A DNA stretch of 60,094 nucleotides, the filler included. It is 10 parts of 10 records of this genome, joined end to end, with 100 filler letters (N's around TTAATTAATTAA, not from the genome) between each part and the next. Parts side by side here need not be neighbours in the genome. Positions count along the whole stretch, not along the records: positions 49,491 to 54,945 come from SRR31156797_241741; positions 55,046 to 60,094 come from SRR31156797_253289; 8 more parts are not named here. The stretch is one strand, 5' to 3'. Made by a program: the position numbers and the translations under genes. How positions within the stretch are numbered: position 1 is the stretch's first letter; every line of letters begins with the position of its first letter. A model generated the notes under the pieces. The model searched no databases. It saw only the letters and a program-made list of their open reading frames with translations, and had not been told where the DNA came from. Below, piece after piece: positions 51,248 through 60,094 of the stretch.

Positions 51248-51799
51248 ATGAAAAAAAAATCAGTCGTATTGCTGTTCGCTCAATTCCTGGTATTAAGCTT
51301 CTCCCTGGCCTGTTTCGCGGATTCAACACTTCCCAAAAAAAAGCAGACCGTGCTTGGCAAATATGTGACGGCCCAACAGGCCTATGAGCAATACATCCGG
51401 GATTCGGACAAGGTCAAGATCCTCGATGTCAGGACCATGGGGGAGTACGTGTTCGTGGGGCATCCGACCATGGCGGTCAATATTCCTTTTTTGTTCCTGA
51501 AACCCGGTATAACGGCAGACAACAAACCCGTGATGTCCCCCAATGATAACTTTGTGGCCCAGGTGAAGGCGCGGTTTCAAAAAACGGATACCCTCTTTAT
51601 CATGTGCCGGTCCGGCGGCAGGAGTGCTCAATGTGTCAATACCCTTGCCAAAGCAGGATTTACGGATGCCTACACCATCACCGACGGATTTGAGGGCGAC
51701 AAGGACAAGGACGGCAGGAGAACCGTCAACGGCTGGAAGAATGCCGGTGCGCCCTGGACGACCAAGCTTGATCCGGCCCTTGTCTATAAAGGGCTTTAG
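51248..51799 (+). CDS. Exported rhodanese-like sulfurtransferase
   Basis: AAGGAGG RBS; signal peptide; LDVRT..EY..GHP, CRSGGRS active-site loop. Confidence 0.88.
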   Translation: MKKKSVVLLFAQFLVLSFSLACFADSTLPKKKQTVLGKYVTAQQAYEQYIRDSDKVKILDVRTMGEYVFVGHPTMAVNIPFLFLKPGITADNKPVMSPNDNFVAQVKARFQKTDTLFIMCRSGGRSAQCVNTLAKAGFTDAYTITDGFEGDKDKDGRRTVNGWKNAGAPWTTKLDPALVYKGL

Positions 51800-52021
51800 C
51801 ACCCTTTAATACCGGTTTTTCATTTTTAAAACCTTCTCTCCATCCGGCAATCCATTGTGGTCATGCCGGGGCAATCAGGGGCTTTCACCAGGTTCCGGAA
51901 GCCACGGTTTTTTATTGGGCCGGCAAGGCGTCCGGTTTTTTTGTTGACAGGCTGCTCCCGGAGGAGTATTCGACTTATTGGCATATGCCAATTTAGTCCA
52001 ATAATTATTCCAGGAGGAACA

Positions 52022-52399
52022 ATGTCAGCATTACCGGAACTTGTGGCCAAGGCATGGGAAGACCGCCAGGGGCCCATCATCCTTACCACCGTTGGCGAGG
52101 ACGGGATCCCCAATTCGATCTATGCGTCCTGTGTCAGCCTTTACGGCAACGACACCGTGGTGGTTGCAGATAACTATTTTGATAAGACAAAAAAGAATAT
52201 CCTTGGGGGCAGCAAGGGAACCCTTCTCTTTATCACCAAGGAGAACAAGTCCTTTCAGCTCAAGGGAGCCTTTGACTACCTGACCGAAGGCGAAATCTAT
52301 GACGACATGAAAACCTGGAATCCTGCCAAGCATCCGGGTCATGCCGCGGCGGCATTGCGAATCGAAGCCGTCTATTCAGGAGCAGAGAAGCTGGTATAA
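52022..52399 (+). CDS. Pyridoxamine 5'-phosphate oxidase-like FMN-binding protein
   Basis: AGGAGG RBS; LTTV..DG.PN, ADNYFDKT..N, FQLKG. Confidence 0.85.
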   Translation: MSALPELVAKAWEDRQGPIILTTVGEDGIPNSIYASCVSLYGNDTVVVADNYFDKTKKNILGGSKGTLLFITKENKSFQLKGAFDYLTEGEIYDDMKTWNPAKHPGHAAAALRIEAVYSGAEKLV

Positions 52400-52475
52400 A
52401 CAGTTACCGGAACGGAACGCGGCCAGGAAGCAGTAATGCGCCGTGTTCCGTCAAACGTGTTTTGCGAGGTTCCCC

Positions 52476-53465
52476 ATGTCATATCGAATATCGCCTTTGT
52501 GGTGGCCGGGGCTTGTCCTGGCTTCCCCCGTTATCGCCCCCTGGTTATTGATCAAAAACAGCCGGTACAAGGAAAACCTGGCCCGGGCGGCCATCCTGAA
52601 CCAGCAGCGGATCAAGGCGGCCGAGCCCCTTGACCTGCCGGAGCTCGATTTCCTGGAGATCACGGTGCTGGTGGAGTGGAGAGCCGAATCCGGTTTCATG
52701 GGGGATGCCGGGGTTTCCTACCTCTTTGAAACCAACCTGGGCGCCATGCTCTTTGATGTCGGGTTTGGCCCCTCCCGTCCCTCCTTCAGCCATAATGCCG
52801 AGAAACTCGGATTTCATATGGACCAGGCAGATGCCCTGGCCATTTCCCATTTTCATTGCGATCACATGGGGGGGCTTGCTGCCCAGCGCTCCCGGCGGGT
52901 CGCCCTGCCCGGCGAATTCATGCCGAAAGACTCCAAACCCTGCTTTCTGCCGGACCAGGGCCATGCCCCGGGATTTGAGGCAGAGGTGGTCACTGCCCCC
53001 AGGATGCTGGCTGCGGGCATCGGCACCACCGGCCCCCTGGCAAGGAGCCTTTTCGTGCTGGGGCACACCGAGGAGCAGTCCCTGGTGGCAAGAATCCGCG
53101 GCAAGGGCCTGGTGGTCTTCACCGGCTGCGGCCATCCCACCATCGAGGTGATTCTGGCCATGGCCGTCCGCTTGTGCAACGATCCCCTTTATGGGATCGG
53201 GGGCGGGCTTCATTTTCCCGTTTCCGACGGCCGGGGCAACCGGGCCGGCATTCGGTTCCAGACCTTCATGGGCACGGGCAAACCGCCCTGGCAGCGGATC
53301 GAAAACAGGGATCTCGACCGCACCATCGGCGCCATCAACAGGGCCGCTCCCGGCAAGGTGCTGCTTTCCGGCCATGACACCTGCGACCGCTCCCTTGCAA
53401 GGATGGAAACGGTGCTTGACGCTGAAACCCTGGTGCTGAAAGCCGGGCAGACCTACCGGTTCTGA
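52476..53465 (+). CDS. MBL-fold metallo-hydrolase
   Basis: LFDVG, SHFHCDHMGGL, TGCGHP, GGLH. Confidence 0.85.
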   Translation: MSYRISPLWWPGLVLASPVIAPWLLIKNSRYKENLARAAILNQQRIKAAEPLDLPELDFLEITVLVEWRAESGFMGDAGVSYLFETNLGAMLFDVGFGPSRPSFSHNAEKLGFHMDQADALAISHFHCDHMGGLAAQRSRRVALPGEFMPKDSKPCFLPDQGHAPGFEAEVVTAPRMLAAGIGTTGPLARSLFVLGHTEEQSLVARIRGKGLVVFTGCGHPTIEVILAMAVRLCNDPLYGIGGGLHFPVSDGRGNRAGIRFQTFMGTGKPPWQRIENRDLDRTIGAINRAAPGKVLLSGHDTCDRSLARMETVLDAETLVLKAGQTYRF

Positions 53466-53620
53466 CCGGGCCTTCATTTTCTTCCCTCGGCCCGGCCTAG
53501 AAATCGCGGTATTGCTATGGATAGTAAATATCATTGCATAACTCTTGATAGTTTTGTATGTAACCCATCAGTTATGCGGGAGCTGAATGTCGATACGGTT
53601 ATCTAGGGGGAGGAATTGTT

Positions 53621-54945
53621 ATGGGGCTGAAGCGTGTTGGAACAAAGTTAAACATCTTGATAGCAATCATGCTGTTGCTTACCTGTGTCATCGTGACCTC
53701 GGTGAGTTACCGGATCGGCCGCTCCTGCATGGGAAAGATGCTCCAGACGATCCACATGCCGGCGGTCATGGAAAACATCTCGGCCGTGGTTGACAGGAAT
53801 CTCCTGGAACCGGCGGAGGGCCTTGCCCTGGTGGCGGAAAGCCCCTTTTTGACCCGGTGGATCATGGATGGCGAGCCCCAGGGGGATGTTGAAACCGTGT
53901 ATGCCCTGCTTCAGGGGGTGATCTCCCATTACGGCACCAGCGGGGCCAACGTGGTCCTGTGGGACACCCAGAATTACTACGATATTCAAGATTCAAAGCG
54001 CACCCTGAAAACCCTTTCTGCCCAGGATACCTGGTTCAAGGCGTTCAAGGAGAGCGGCGAGCGGGTCTCGATCAATGTCTACATCAATGACAAGGTGTAT
54101 GGCTCCACCGCCTTCATCAACCGCCGGATCGAGAAGAACGGGCGTTTTCTGGGCCTGACCTCGGTCTCCCTGAACCTGGATGCCTTTATCCGGAGCGTGA
54201 CGGACACGGTTGTGGGGGACAGGGGCGAAACCTATATGGTGGACAAAAAGGGCCTTGTCCAGATGCATAAAAAACAGGCCTGGCTACAGAGCCTGAACCT
54301 GGCGGATAAGCCCGGATGGGCCGGCCATGTCAAGGAAATGCTCTCAAAGGAGCAGGACTCCTTCACCATGACGGACGGGAACGGGGAGACCATCATCGTC
54401 ATGACCCGGTATGTGCCGTCCCTGGGCTGGTATCTCGTGGCCGAAGCCAATGAGGCCGAGTTGATCGAGACAGCCTCCAATGCGCTTTTTGAGGACATGA
54501 ACGGGGCGTTGTTCGCCATCCTCCTGGCAAGCTTTCTCCTCCTGGTCGCAGGCGTTGGCGTCTGCCTCTTCTTCTCTTCCCGCACCATTACAAAACCCAT
54601 CAATGAAACCGTGAATCGGCTGAAGGATATCGCCACCGGCGAGGGCGACCTGACCATGCGCCTTCCCGTGACCAGCAACGATGAGATCGGCGCCCTTGCC
54701 TCCTGGCTCAACACCTTCATGGAAAAGCTCCAGGGCATTGTCTCCAACATCTCCGCCAGCGCCCAGAATGTCAGCACCTCGTCCGGGGACCTGCTCGCCA
54801 TCGCCTCGGATCTTGTGACCGAAACCAGGGAAACCTCGGAGAAGGTTGTCACCGTTGCCACGGCCACCGACCAGACCAGCGGCAACATCGGCGCCATTGC
54901 CGCCACCATGGGGGAAACCTCGTCCAAAACCGCCATGATCGCCGC
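53621..54945 (+). CDS. Methyl-accepting chemotaxis protein with Cache and HAMP domains (3'-truncated)
   Basis: Two TM helices flanking a periplasmic domain; GEGDLTMRL..NDEIG HAMP; start of signalling helices. Confidence 0.88.
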
Positions 54946-55045
54946 NNNNNNNNNNNNNNNNNNNNNNNNNNNNNNNNNNNNNNNNNNNNTTAATTAATTA
55001 ANNNNNNNNNNNNNNNNNNNNNNNNNNNNNNNNNNNNNNNNNNNN

Positions 55046-55102
55046 TAGAGCACCAGATTCCTAATCTGGGTGTCGCAGGTTCGAGTCCTGCCGGGGTCGC
55101 CA
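55046..55102 (+). tRNA. tRNA-Arg(CCT), 5'-truncated at the contig edge
   Basis: Anticodon arm CCAGA-TTCCTAA-TCTGG; T-arm GCAGG-TTCGAGT-CCTGC; 3' CCA. Confidence 0.9.
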
Positions 55103-55104
55103 GT

Positions 55105-55878
55105 TCATTCGGCTACGCCGTTCCCGTTTTTCTGGACGATCCCCTGCGTACCACGCGCCAGCAGGTGCGAAAGATGCGTGTACATGTAGCACACGCCGCG
55201 CGCCTTCAGCGCCTCGACGTTTCCCGCTTTGACCGGATGGCCGAGAATGCGGCCCTGCCGCTGGGCTGCGGCAAAAACGGTTTCGATGGCGCGGGCCACC
55301 GGTTCGGCCTTCGGATCCCCCGGGAAACCGAGCGATTGCGACAGGTCCGACGGACCGACGAACACCACGTCCACACCCTCGACGGCGGCAATCTCGGCCG
55401 TGCGGCCGACCGCCTCGGCATCTTCGATCTGTACGCAGACCAGGGTTTCGGCATTGGCCGCCGCCGCATAATCCGACAACGAACCTGTGAAATCATAACC
55501 CGCCGGCCGCGTTCCGGCCGCCAGTCCCCGGCAGCCCAGGGGATGGAACTTGACCGCCGCAACCGCCCGCTCGGCATCGACGACGGTGCGTACATGCGGC
55601 ACCTGCACGCCCATGACGCCCCGGTCCATCACCCGGGAAATCTCGTCCGGCGCAGGGGTCGCGGGCCGCGCGATGGCGATGATCCCGGCGGCTTCGGCGG
55701 CCATCGTCATGATCTCGACCGTTTCCAGGTTGAAGGTGCCGTGCTCGCAGTCGATCAGCACCCAATCGAAGCCGACGGCGCCGGCCATCTCGACGATTTG
55801 CGGCGAGGGAATCATGACCGACAGCCCGATCGCGGGTTCGCCGGCCAAAAGCTTGCGCTTCATCGGGTTGGGTTTCAT
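55105..55878 (-). CDS. HpcH/HpaI family class II aldolase
   Basis: FDWVLIDCEHG, VQIED, GVDVVFVGPSDLSQSLG. Confidence 0.92.
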   Translation of the reverse strand: MKPNPMKRKLLAGEPAIGLSVMIPSPQIVEMAGAVGFDWVLIDCEHGTFNLETVEIMTMAAEAAGIIAIARPATPAPDEISRVMDRGVMGVQVPHVRTVVDAERAVAAVKFHPLGCRGLAAGTRPAGYDFTGSLSDYAAAANAETLVCVQIEDAEAVGRTAEIAAVEGVDVVFVGPSDLSQSLGFPGDPKAEPVARAIETVFAAAQRQGRILGHPVKAGNVEALKARGVCYMYTHLSHLLARGTQGIVQKNGNGVAE

Positions 55879-56202
55879 GGGGTCTACTTTTATCCCCGGT
55901 CCGCAGCGGTGAAAACCCCGGATCGCAGGCCGGGGCCCTCGCTTAACCCGACAACCGACACGACACCAGCCACACTCAATAGCCGGATTTAAGTTGCGGT
56001 TAATTCACATTGAAATAATGCTAAATCTCTGCTACCAGAATTCCCACTAATTAACTGGGCCAATTTGTGGCCTTCGTGAATCAATTTGTTGGGTGGGAAT
56101 TTCAGCCATTTTTTCGACAGCCGACACCCGTGATTCCAGATCATTTCCGTATGTCACGCCAAGCCCGGCGGACACCGCCCATTTGCCCGATGGGAGACCA
56201 GC

Positions 56203-57684
56203 ATGAACGAAGCGACATCGGCCAGAAGCGCAGGCGCCGGCCCTGCCGCCTATGACGAAGAGATCGTCCGAAAATTTGTCATCGCGGCGACGTTTTGGGG
56301 AATCGTCGGGTTCCTTGTCGGCGTCATCATCGCCTCGCAACTGGCTTGGCCGGTTCTCAATCCGCCGCTCGAATGGCTGACCTTCGGCCGGCTTCGCCCG
56401 GTCCATACCTCGGCGGTGATTTTCGCCTTCGGCGGCAACATCCTGCTCGGCACCTCGTTCTACGTCGTGCAGCGAACCTGCCGGGCACCGCTTTTCGGCG
56501 GGCCGGCATTGGCCAATTTCGTCTTCTGGGGTTACCAGTTGTTCATCGTCATGGCGGCGCTGGGCTACGTATTGGGTATCACCCAAAGCAAGGAATACGC
56601 CGAGCCGGAATGGTATGTCGATCTGTGGCTCACCGTCGTCTGGGTCGCCTATCTGATCGCCTACGCCGGCACCCTGATCAAGCGCCGGGAACCGCACATC
56701 TACGTCGCCAACTGGTTCTATCTGGCCTTCATCCTGACCATTGCGATGCTTCACATCGTCAACAACATGGCCATTCCGGTGTCGTTCACGGGCGCCAAAA
56801 GCTACGTCATCTGGGCCGGTGTCCAGGATGCGATGACCCAGTGGTGGTACGGGCACAACGCGGTCGGCTTTTTCCTGACTGCCGGTTTCCTCGGCCTGAT
56901 GTATTATTTCATTCCGAAGCAGGCCGAGCGGCCGGTCTATTCCTACCGGCTTTCGATCGTCCATTTCTGGTCGCTGATCTTCCTCTATATCTGGGCCGGC
57001 CCCCATCACCTGCACTATTCGGCGCTGCCGGACTGGGCCCAGACACTGGGCATGACGTTTTCCATCATGCTGTGGATGCCGTCCTGGGGCGGCATGATCA
57101 ACGGCATCATGACCCTGTCCGGCGCCTGGCACAAACTGCGCACCGATCCGGTGCTGCGGTTCCTGGTCGTATCGGTCGGCTTCTACGGCATGAGCACCTT
57201 CGAAGGGCCGTTGATGTCGATCAAGGCGGTGAACAGCTTGAGCCATTACACCGACTGGACCATCGGCCACGTTCATTCCGGTGCCCTCGGCTGGGTCGCC
57301 TTCGTCAGCTTCGGGGCGCTTTACTTCCTGGTGCCGAGGCTATGGCACAGCGAGCGGCTGTATAGCCTGCGCCTGGTTTCCTACCATTTCTGGGTCTGCA
57401 CCATCGGCATCGTCGTCTACATCGCGGTGATGTGGATCTCCGGCATCATGCAGGGCTTGATGTGGCGGTCCTACGACGAATTGGGCTTCCTGCAGTATTC
57501 GTTCATCGAAACCGTCGAGGCCATGTATCCGTTCTATGCGTTCCGGGCCTTGGGCGGGTTGCTGTTCCTGCTCGGGTCCCTGATCATGGTCTACAATCTG
57601 TGGATGACGGCGAAAGGGCGGATCAGGGACGAGGCCGCCTATGACGACGTACCGGGTGCGGCTGCGGCCGGCGCCGGCGAATAA
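56203..57684 (+). CDS. ccoN: cbb3-type cytochrome c oxidase subunit I
   Basis: [35 protein letters not shown]. Confidence 0.98.
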   Translation: MNEATSARSAGAGPAAYDEEIVRKFVIAATFWGIVGFLVGVIIASQLAWPVLNPPLEWLTFGRLRPVHTSAVIFAFGGNILLGTSFYVVQRTCRAPLFGGPALANFVFWGYQLFIVMAALGYVLGITQSKEYAEPEWYVDLWLTVVWVAYLIAYAGTLIKRREPHIYVANWFYLAFILTIAMLHIVNNMAIPVSFTGAKSYVIWAGVQDAMTQWWYGHNAVGFFLTAGFLGLMYYFIPKQAERPVYSYRLSIVHFWSLIFLYIWAGPHHLHYSALPDWAQTLGMTFSIMLWMPSWGGMINGIMTLSGAWHKLRTDPVLRFLVVSVGFYGMSTFEGPLMSIKAVNSLSHYTDWTIGHVHSGALGWVAFVSFGALYFLVPRLWHSERLYSLRLVSYHFWVCTIGIVVYIAVMWISGIMQGLMWRSYDELGFLQYSFIETVEAMYPFYAFRALGGLLFLLGSLIMVYNLWMTAKGRIRDEAAYDDVPGAAAAGAGE

Positions 57685-57695
57685 GGGAGGCCGAC

Positions 57696-58418
57696 ATGAA
57701 CCATAAATCCCTTGAACGCAATGTCGTCCTTCTCGCCATTGCCATCCTGATCACGGTTTCCATCGGCGGTCTGGTCCAGCTGGTTCCGCTTTATACGATG
57801 GAAGTAACCATCGAGAAGGTCGACGGCATCAGACCCTATTCGCCGCTGGAACTGGCCGGGCGCAACATCTACGTCCGCGAAGGCTGCTACCTTTGCCACA
57901 GCCAGCAGATCCGGCCCTTCCGCGACGAGGTCGAACGGTACGGCCACTACAGCCTGGCCGCCGAAAGCATGTACGATCACCCGTTCCAGTGGGGATCGAA
58001 ACGGACCGGGCCGGATCTGGCCCGCGTCGGCGGCAAATATTCCAACGAATGGCATACCGAACATCTTCGGGCGCCGCGCGACCTGGTGCCGGAAACGGTT
58101 ATGCCGGCCTATCCGTTCCTGGCCGAGAAGGACCTCGCCTTCGACGACATCGCCGAACATATGAAAACGCTTCGTATCGTCGGCGTGCCCTATACCGACG
58201 ATCAGATCGAAAACGCCGTCGATGACGTCAGCAACCAGGCCAACGGCGAGGAATTCGACCCGGACGCGGTTCAGGAGCGTTACCCGAAGGCGGTGATCGG
58301 CGATTTCGACGGCGATCCCGAAAGGATTACCGAGATGGATGCCATCGTCGCCTATCTCCAGGTGATGGGCACGCTGGTCGACTTCACCTCTTTCAAGCCC
58401 GAATTCGGGCGGCGTTGA
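57696..58418 (+). CDS. ccoO: cbb3-type cytochrome c oxidase subunit II
   Basis: [21 protein letters not shown]. Confidence 0.98.
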   Translation: MNHKSLERNVVLLAIAILITVSIGGLVQLVPLYTMEVTIEKVDGIRPYSPLELAGRNIYVREGCYLCHSQQIRPFRDEVERYGHYSLAAESMYDHPFQWGSKRTGPDLARVGGKYSNEWHTEHLRAPRDLVPETVMPAYPFLAEKDLAFDDIAEHMKTLRIVGVPYTDDQIENAVDDVSNQANGEEFDPDAVQERYPKAVIGDFDGDPERITEMDAIVAYLQVMGTLVDFTSFKPEFGRR

Positions 58419-58433
58419 GAAGGGGGAAGGCAC

Positions 58434-58592
58434 ATGGATTTCTCGCAAATCGCCGAATTTCTTCGGCCTTTGTGGCTGGTCTGGCTTGTGATCCTTTTCG
58501 CCGGGGTCGTTTATTGGGCCTTCCGGCCGAAAAACAAACGCCGGTTTGAAAAAGACGGCATGATCCCCTTTGAGGACGGAAACGGAGGCTGA
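58434..58592 (+). CDS. ccoQ: cbb3-type cytochrome c oxidase subunit CcoQ (52 aa; not in the ORF track)
   Basis: MDFSQIAEFLRPLWLVWLVILFAGVVYWAFRPKNKRRFEKDGMIPFEDGNGG between ccoO and ccoP. Confidence 0.92.
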   Translation: MDFSQIAEFLRPLWLVWLVILFAGVVYWAFRPKNKRRFEKDGMIPFEDGNGG

Positions 58593-58595
58593 ACC

Positions 58596-59453
58596 ATGGC
58601 GGAACGGGAAACCGATACCGTAACCGGGACCGAAACCACCGGCCATGAATGGGACGGCATCAAGGAACTGAACACGCCGCTTCCGAAGTGGTGGCTGTAC
58701 ACGTTTTACGCCACCTGCATTTGGGCCGCCGGCTATTTCGTCCTGTATCCTGCCTGGCCCGGTTTTTCGGACTTCACGAAAGGCGTCCTCGGCTACTCGT
58801 CGCGGGCCGAGCTTGAGGCGACCATGGAACAGGTCAAGGCGGGCCGCAGCGGCTGGCTGGCCAGGTTCGAGGAAGCCTCGGTCGACGACATCGTGGCGGA
58901 TCAGGAATTGCTGCAATACGCCATGGCCGGCGGACGTTCCATTTTCGCCGACAACTGTGCGCCTTGCCACGGCGCCGGCGGCGGCGGTGCGCCCGGATAT
59001 CCGGTCCTCGCCGACGACGATTGGATCTGGGGCGGCGAAGTCGAAGCCATCTACGAAACCGTTCAATACGGCATTCGTTCGGCCCACGAGGACACGCGCG
59101 ATTCGCTAATGCTCAATTTCGCCGAGGATGAAATGTTGACGACCGCCCAGATCGACACCGTTGCCGATCAGGTTCTGTCGCTTTCCGGGGGTGGCAAGGC
59201 AAGCGAGGAAGGCGCCCTGATCTTCGAGGAACAGTGTGCCGCCTGCCACGGCGAAGACGGAACCGGCGTGCCCGAACTCGGCGGCCCCAACCTGGCCGAC
59301 GGCATCTGGTTGTACGGCGAGGGCAAGGAAGGGATCGTCGCGCAGGTTTCCGGCCCCCGTCATGGTGTCATGCCGGCCTGGGTCGACCGTCTTGAAGACG
59401 CCTCGATCAAACAGGTGTCGGTCTATGTTCACGCCCTTGGCGGCGGACAGTAG
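58596..59453 (+). CDS. ccoP: cbb3-type cytochrome c oxidase subunit III
   Basis: TTGHEWDGIKEL..PLPKWW; CAPCH and CAACH. Confidence 0.98.
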   Translation: MAERETDTVTGTETTGHEWDGIKELNTPLPKWWLYTFYATCIWAAGYFVLYPAWPGFSDFTKGVLGYSSRAELEATMEQVKAGRSGWLARFEEASVDDIVADQELLQYAMAGGRSIFADNCAPCHGAGGGGAPGYPVLADDDWIWGGEVEAIYETVQYGIRSAHEDTRDSLMLNFAEDEMLTTAQIDTVADQVLSLSGGGKASEEGALIFEEQCAACHGEDGTGVPELGGPNLADGIWLYGEGKEGIVAQVSGPRHGVMPAWVDRLEDASIKQVSVYVHALGGGQ

Positions 59454-59674
59454 TTTCGCCTCACGGCCCGACAGCGGGCGGCGGGGATGTTTCCGGCAAA
59501 AATGCCATGGATTGCTCTGGCGACAGCTTTATATTAGAATAATCTAAATTAATGAGGTGCCGGAGCTATTCATCGACGCGGTTACACATAAAAGTGTGAC
59601 CGCCCGCCGCCTTCGGACCGAAAGACACGCCGGCCCATTCGGAAATCAATCGGATTTCGCGCGGAACCAAAAAA

Positions 59675-60094
59675 ATGAACCAAAGCGTCAAGATCGAAGC
59701 CCCCGACCCGCGTGCCGATAGCGGCGGTTCAGGATCGACGGGCCGGCCGCAACCGCTTTATGCCGCCCACGAATGGGTCTATTCGCGAAGCGTCAAGGGA
59801 ACCTTCCGGACGATCAAATGGGCGGCGCTGATCGTTCTGCTCGGGTTCTATTACATCGCGCCCTGGCTGCGTTGGGACCGGGGCGCCGGCGCCCCGGATC
59901 AGGCCTTCCTGATCGATATGCCGTCGCGCCGGGCCTATTTCCTGTGGATTGAAATCTGGCCGCAGGAAGTCTACTACCTGGCCGGGCTGTTGATCATCGG
60001 CGCCATCGGTCTTTTTTTTGTCACCTCCCTGGCCGGCCGCGTCTGGTGCGGGTTCACCTGTCCGCAGACGGTCTGGACCGATCTGTTCCTGTGG
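59675..60094 (+). CDS. ccoG: Cytochrome c oxidase accessory Fe-S protein CcoG/FixG (3'-truncated; not in the ORF track)
   Basis: PWLRWDRG, IWPQE, GRVWCGFTCPQTVWTD. Confidence 0.95.
   Translation, partial: MNQSVKIEAPDPRADSGGSGSTGRPQPLYAAHEWVYSRSVKGTFRTIKWAALIVLLGFYYIAPWLRWDRGAGAPDQAFLIDMPSRRAYFLWIEIWPQEVYYLAGLLIIGAIGLFFVTSLAGRVWCGFTCPQTVWTDLFLW

Noticed and set aside
5999-55045. Nine regularly recurring 100-bp N blocks containing TTAATTAATTAA
   Set aside because: Artificial six-frame-stop contig linkers, not a biological repeat or CRISPR array; ORFs running into X residues are truncations

Overview
The window is a concatenation of ten unrelated contigs joined by artificial 100-bp N-linkers containing TTAATTAATTAA (5999-6098, 11407-11506, 17960-18059, 23515-23614, 28803-28902, 35647-35746, 43437-43536, 49391-49490, 54946-55045), so neighbourhoods only mean something within a contig. 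Contents: (1) groEL, SDR, GH2 glycosidase, dtd; (2) peptide/nickel ABC transporter; (3) Fe-ADH, larC-larE-larB, an ABC-F ATPase and a convergent larA (nickel-pincer system); (4) mycofactocin-type FadH/OYE, EtfA, a 7-heme cytochrome c and a membrane Fe-S/CCG oxidoreductase; (5) gpsA, ilvY-nrpR, histidine phosphatase; (6) TAXI-TRAP, response regulator, carboxyltransferase, HDOD protein, hybrid kinase; (7) an uncharacterised cluster beside a decayed IS91-type transposase; (8) dapF-mtaB-ftsY, LysR, DctP; (9) sigma-54 regulator, YigZ, rhodanese, PNPOx-like protein, MBL hydrolase, MCP; (10) partial tRNA-Arg(CCT), HpcH aldolase, ccoNOQP-ccoG. The best candidate for an undescribed system is contig 7 (36440-42969): two highly divergent S-adenosylhomocysteine-hydrolase-fold paralogs with rewired active-site motifs, flanking a small Cys-containing ATC-hydrolase/V4R-like gene and followed by a two-HKD phospholipase D/nuclease-family gene. 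All assignments come from reading motifs by eye; no searches were run.
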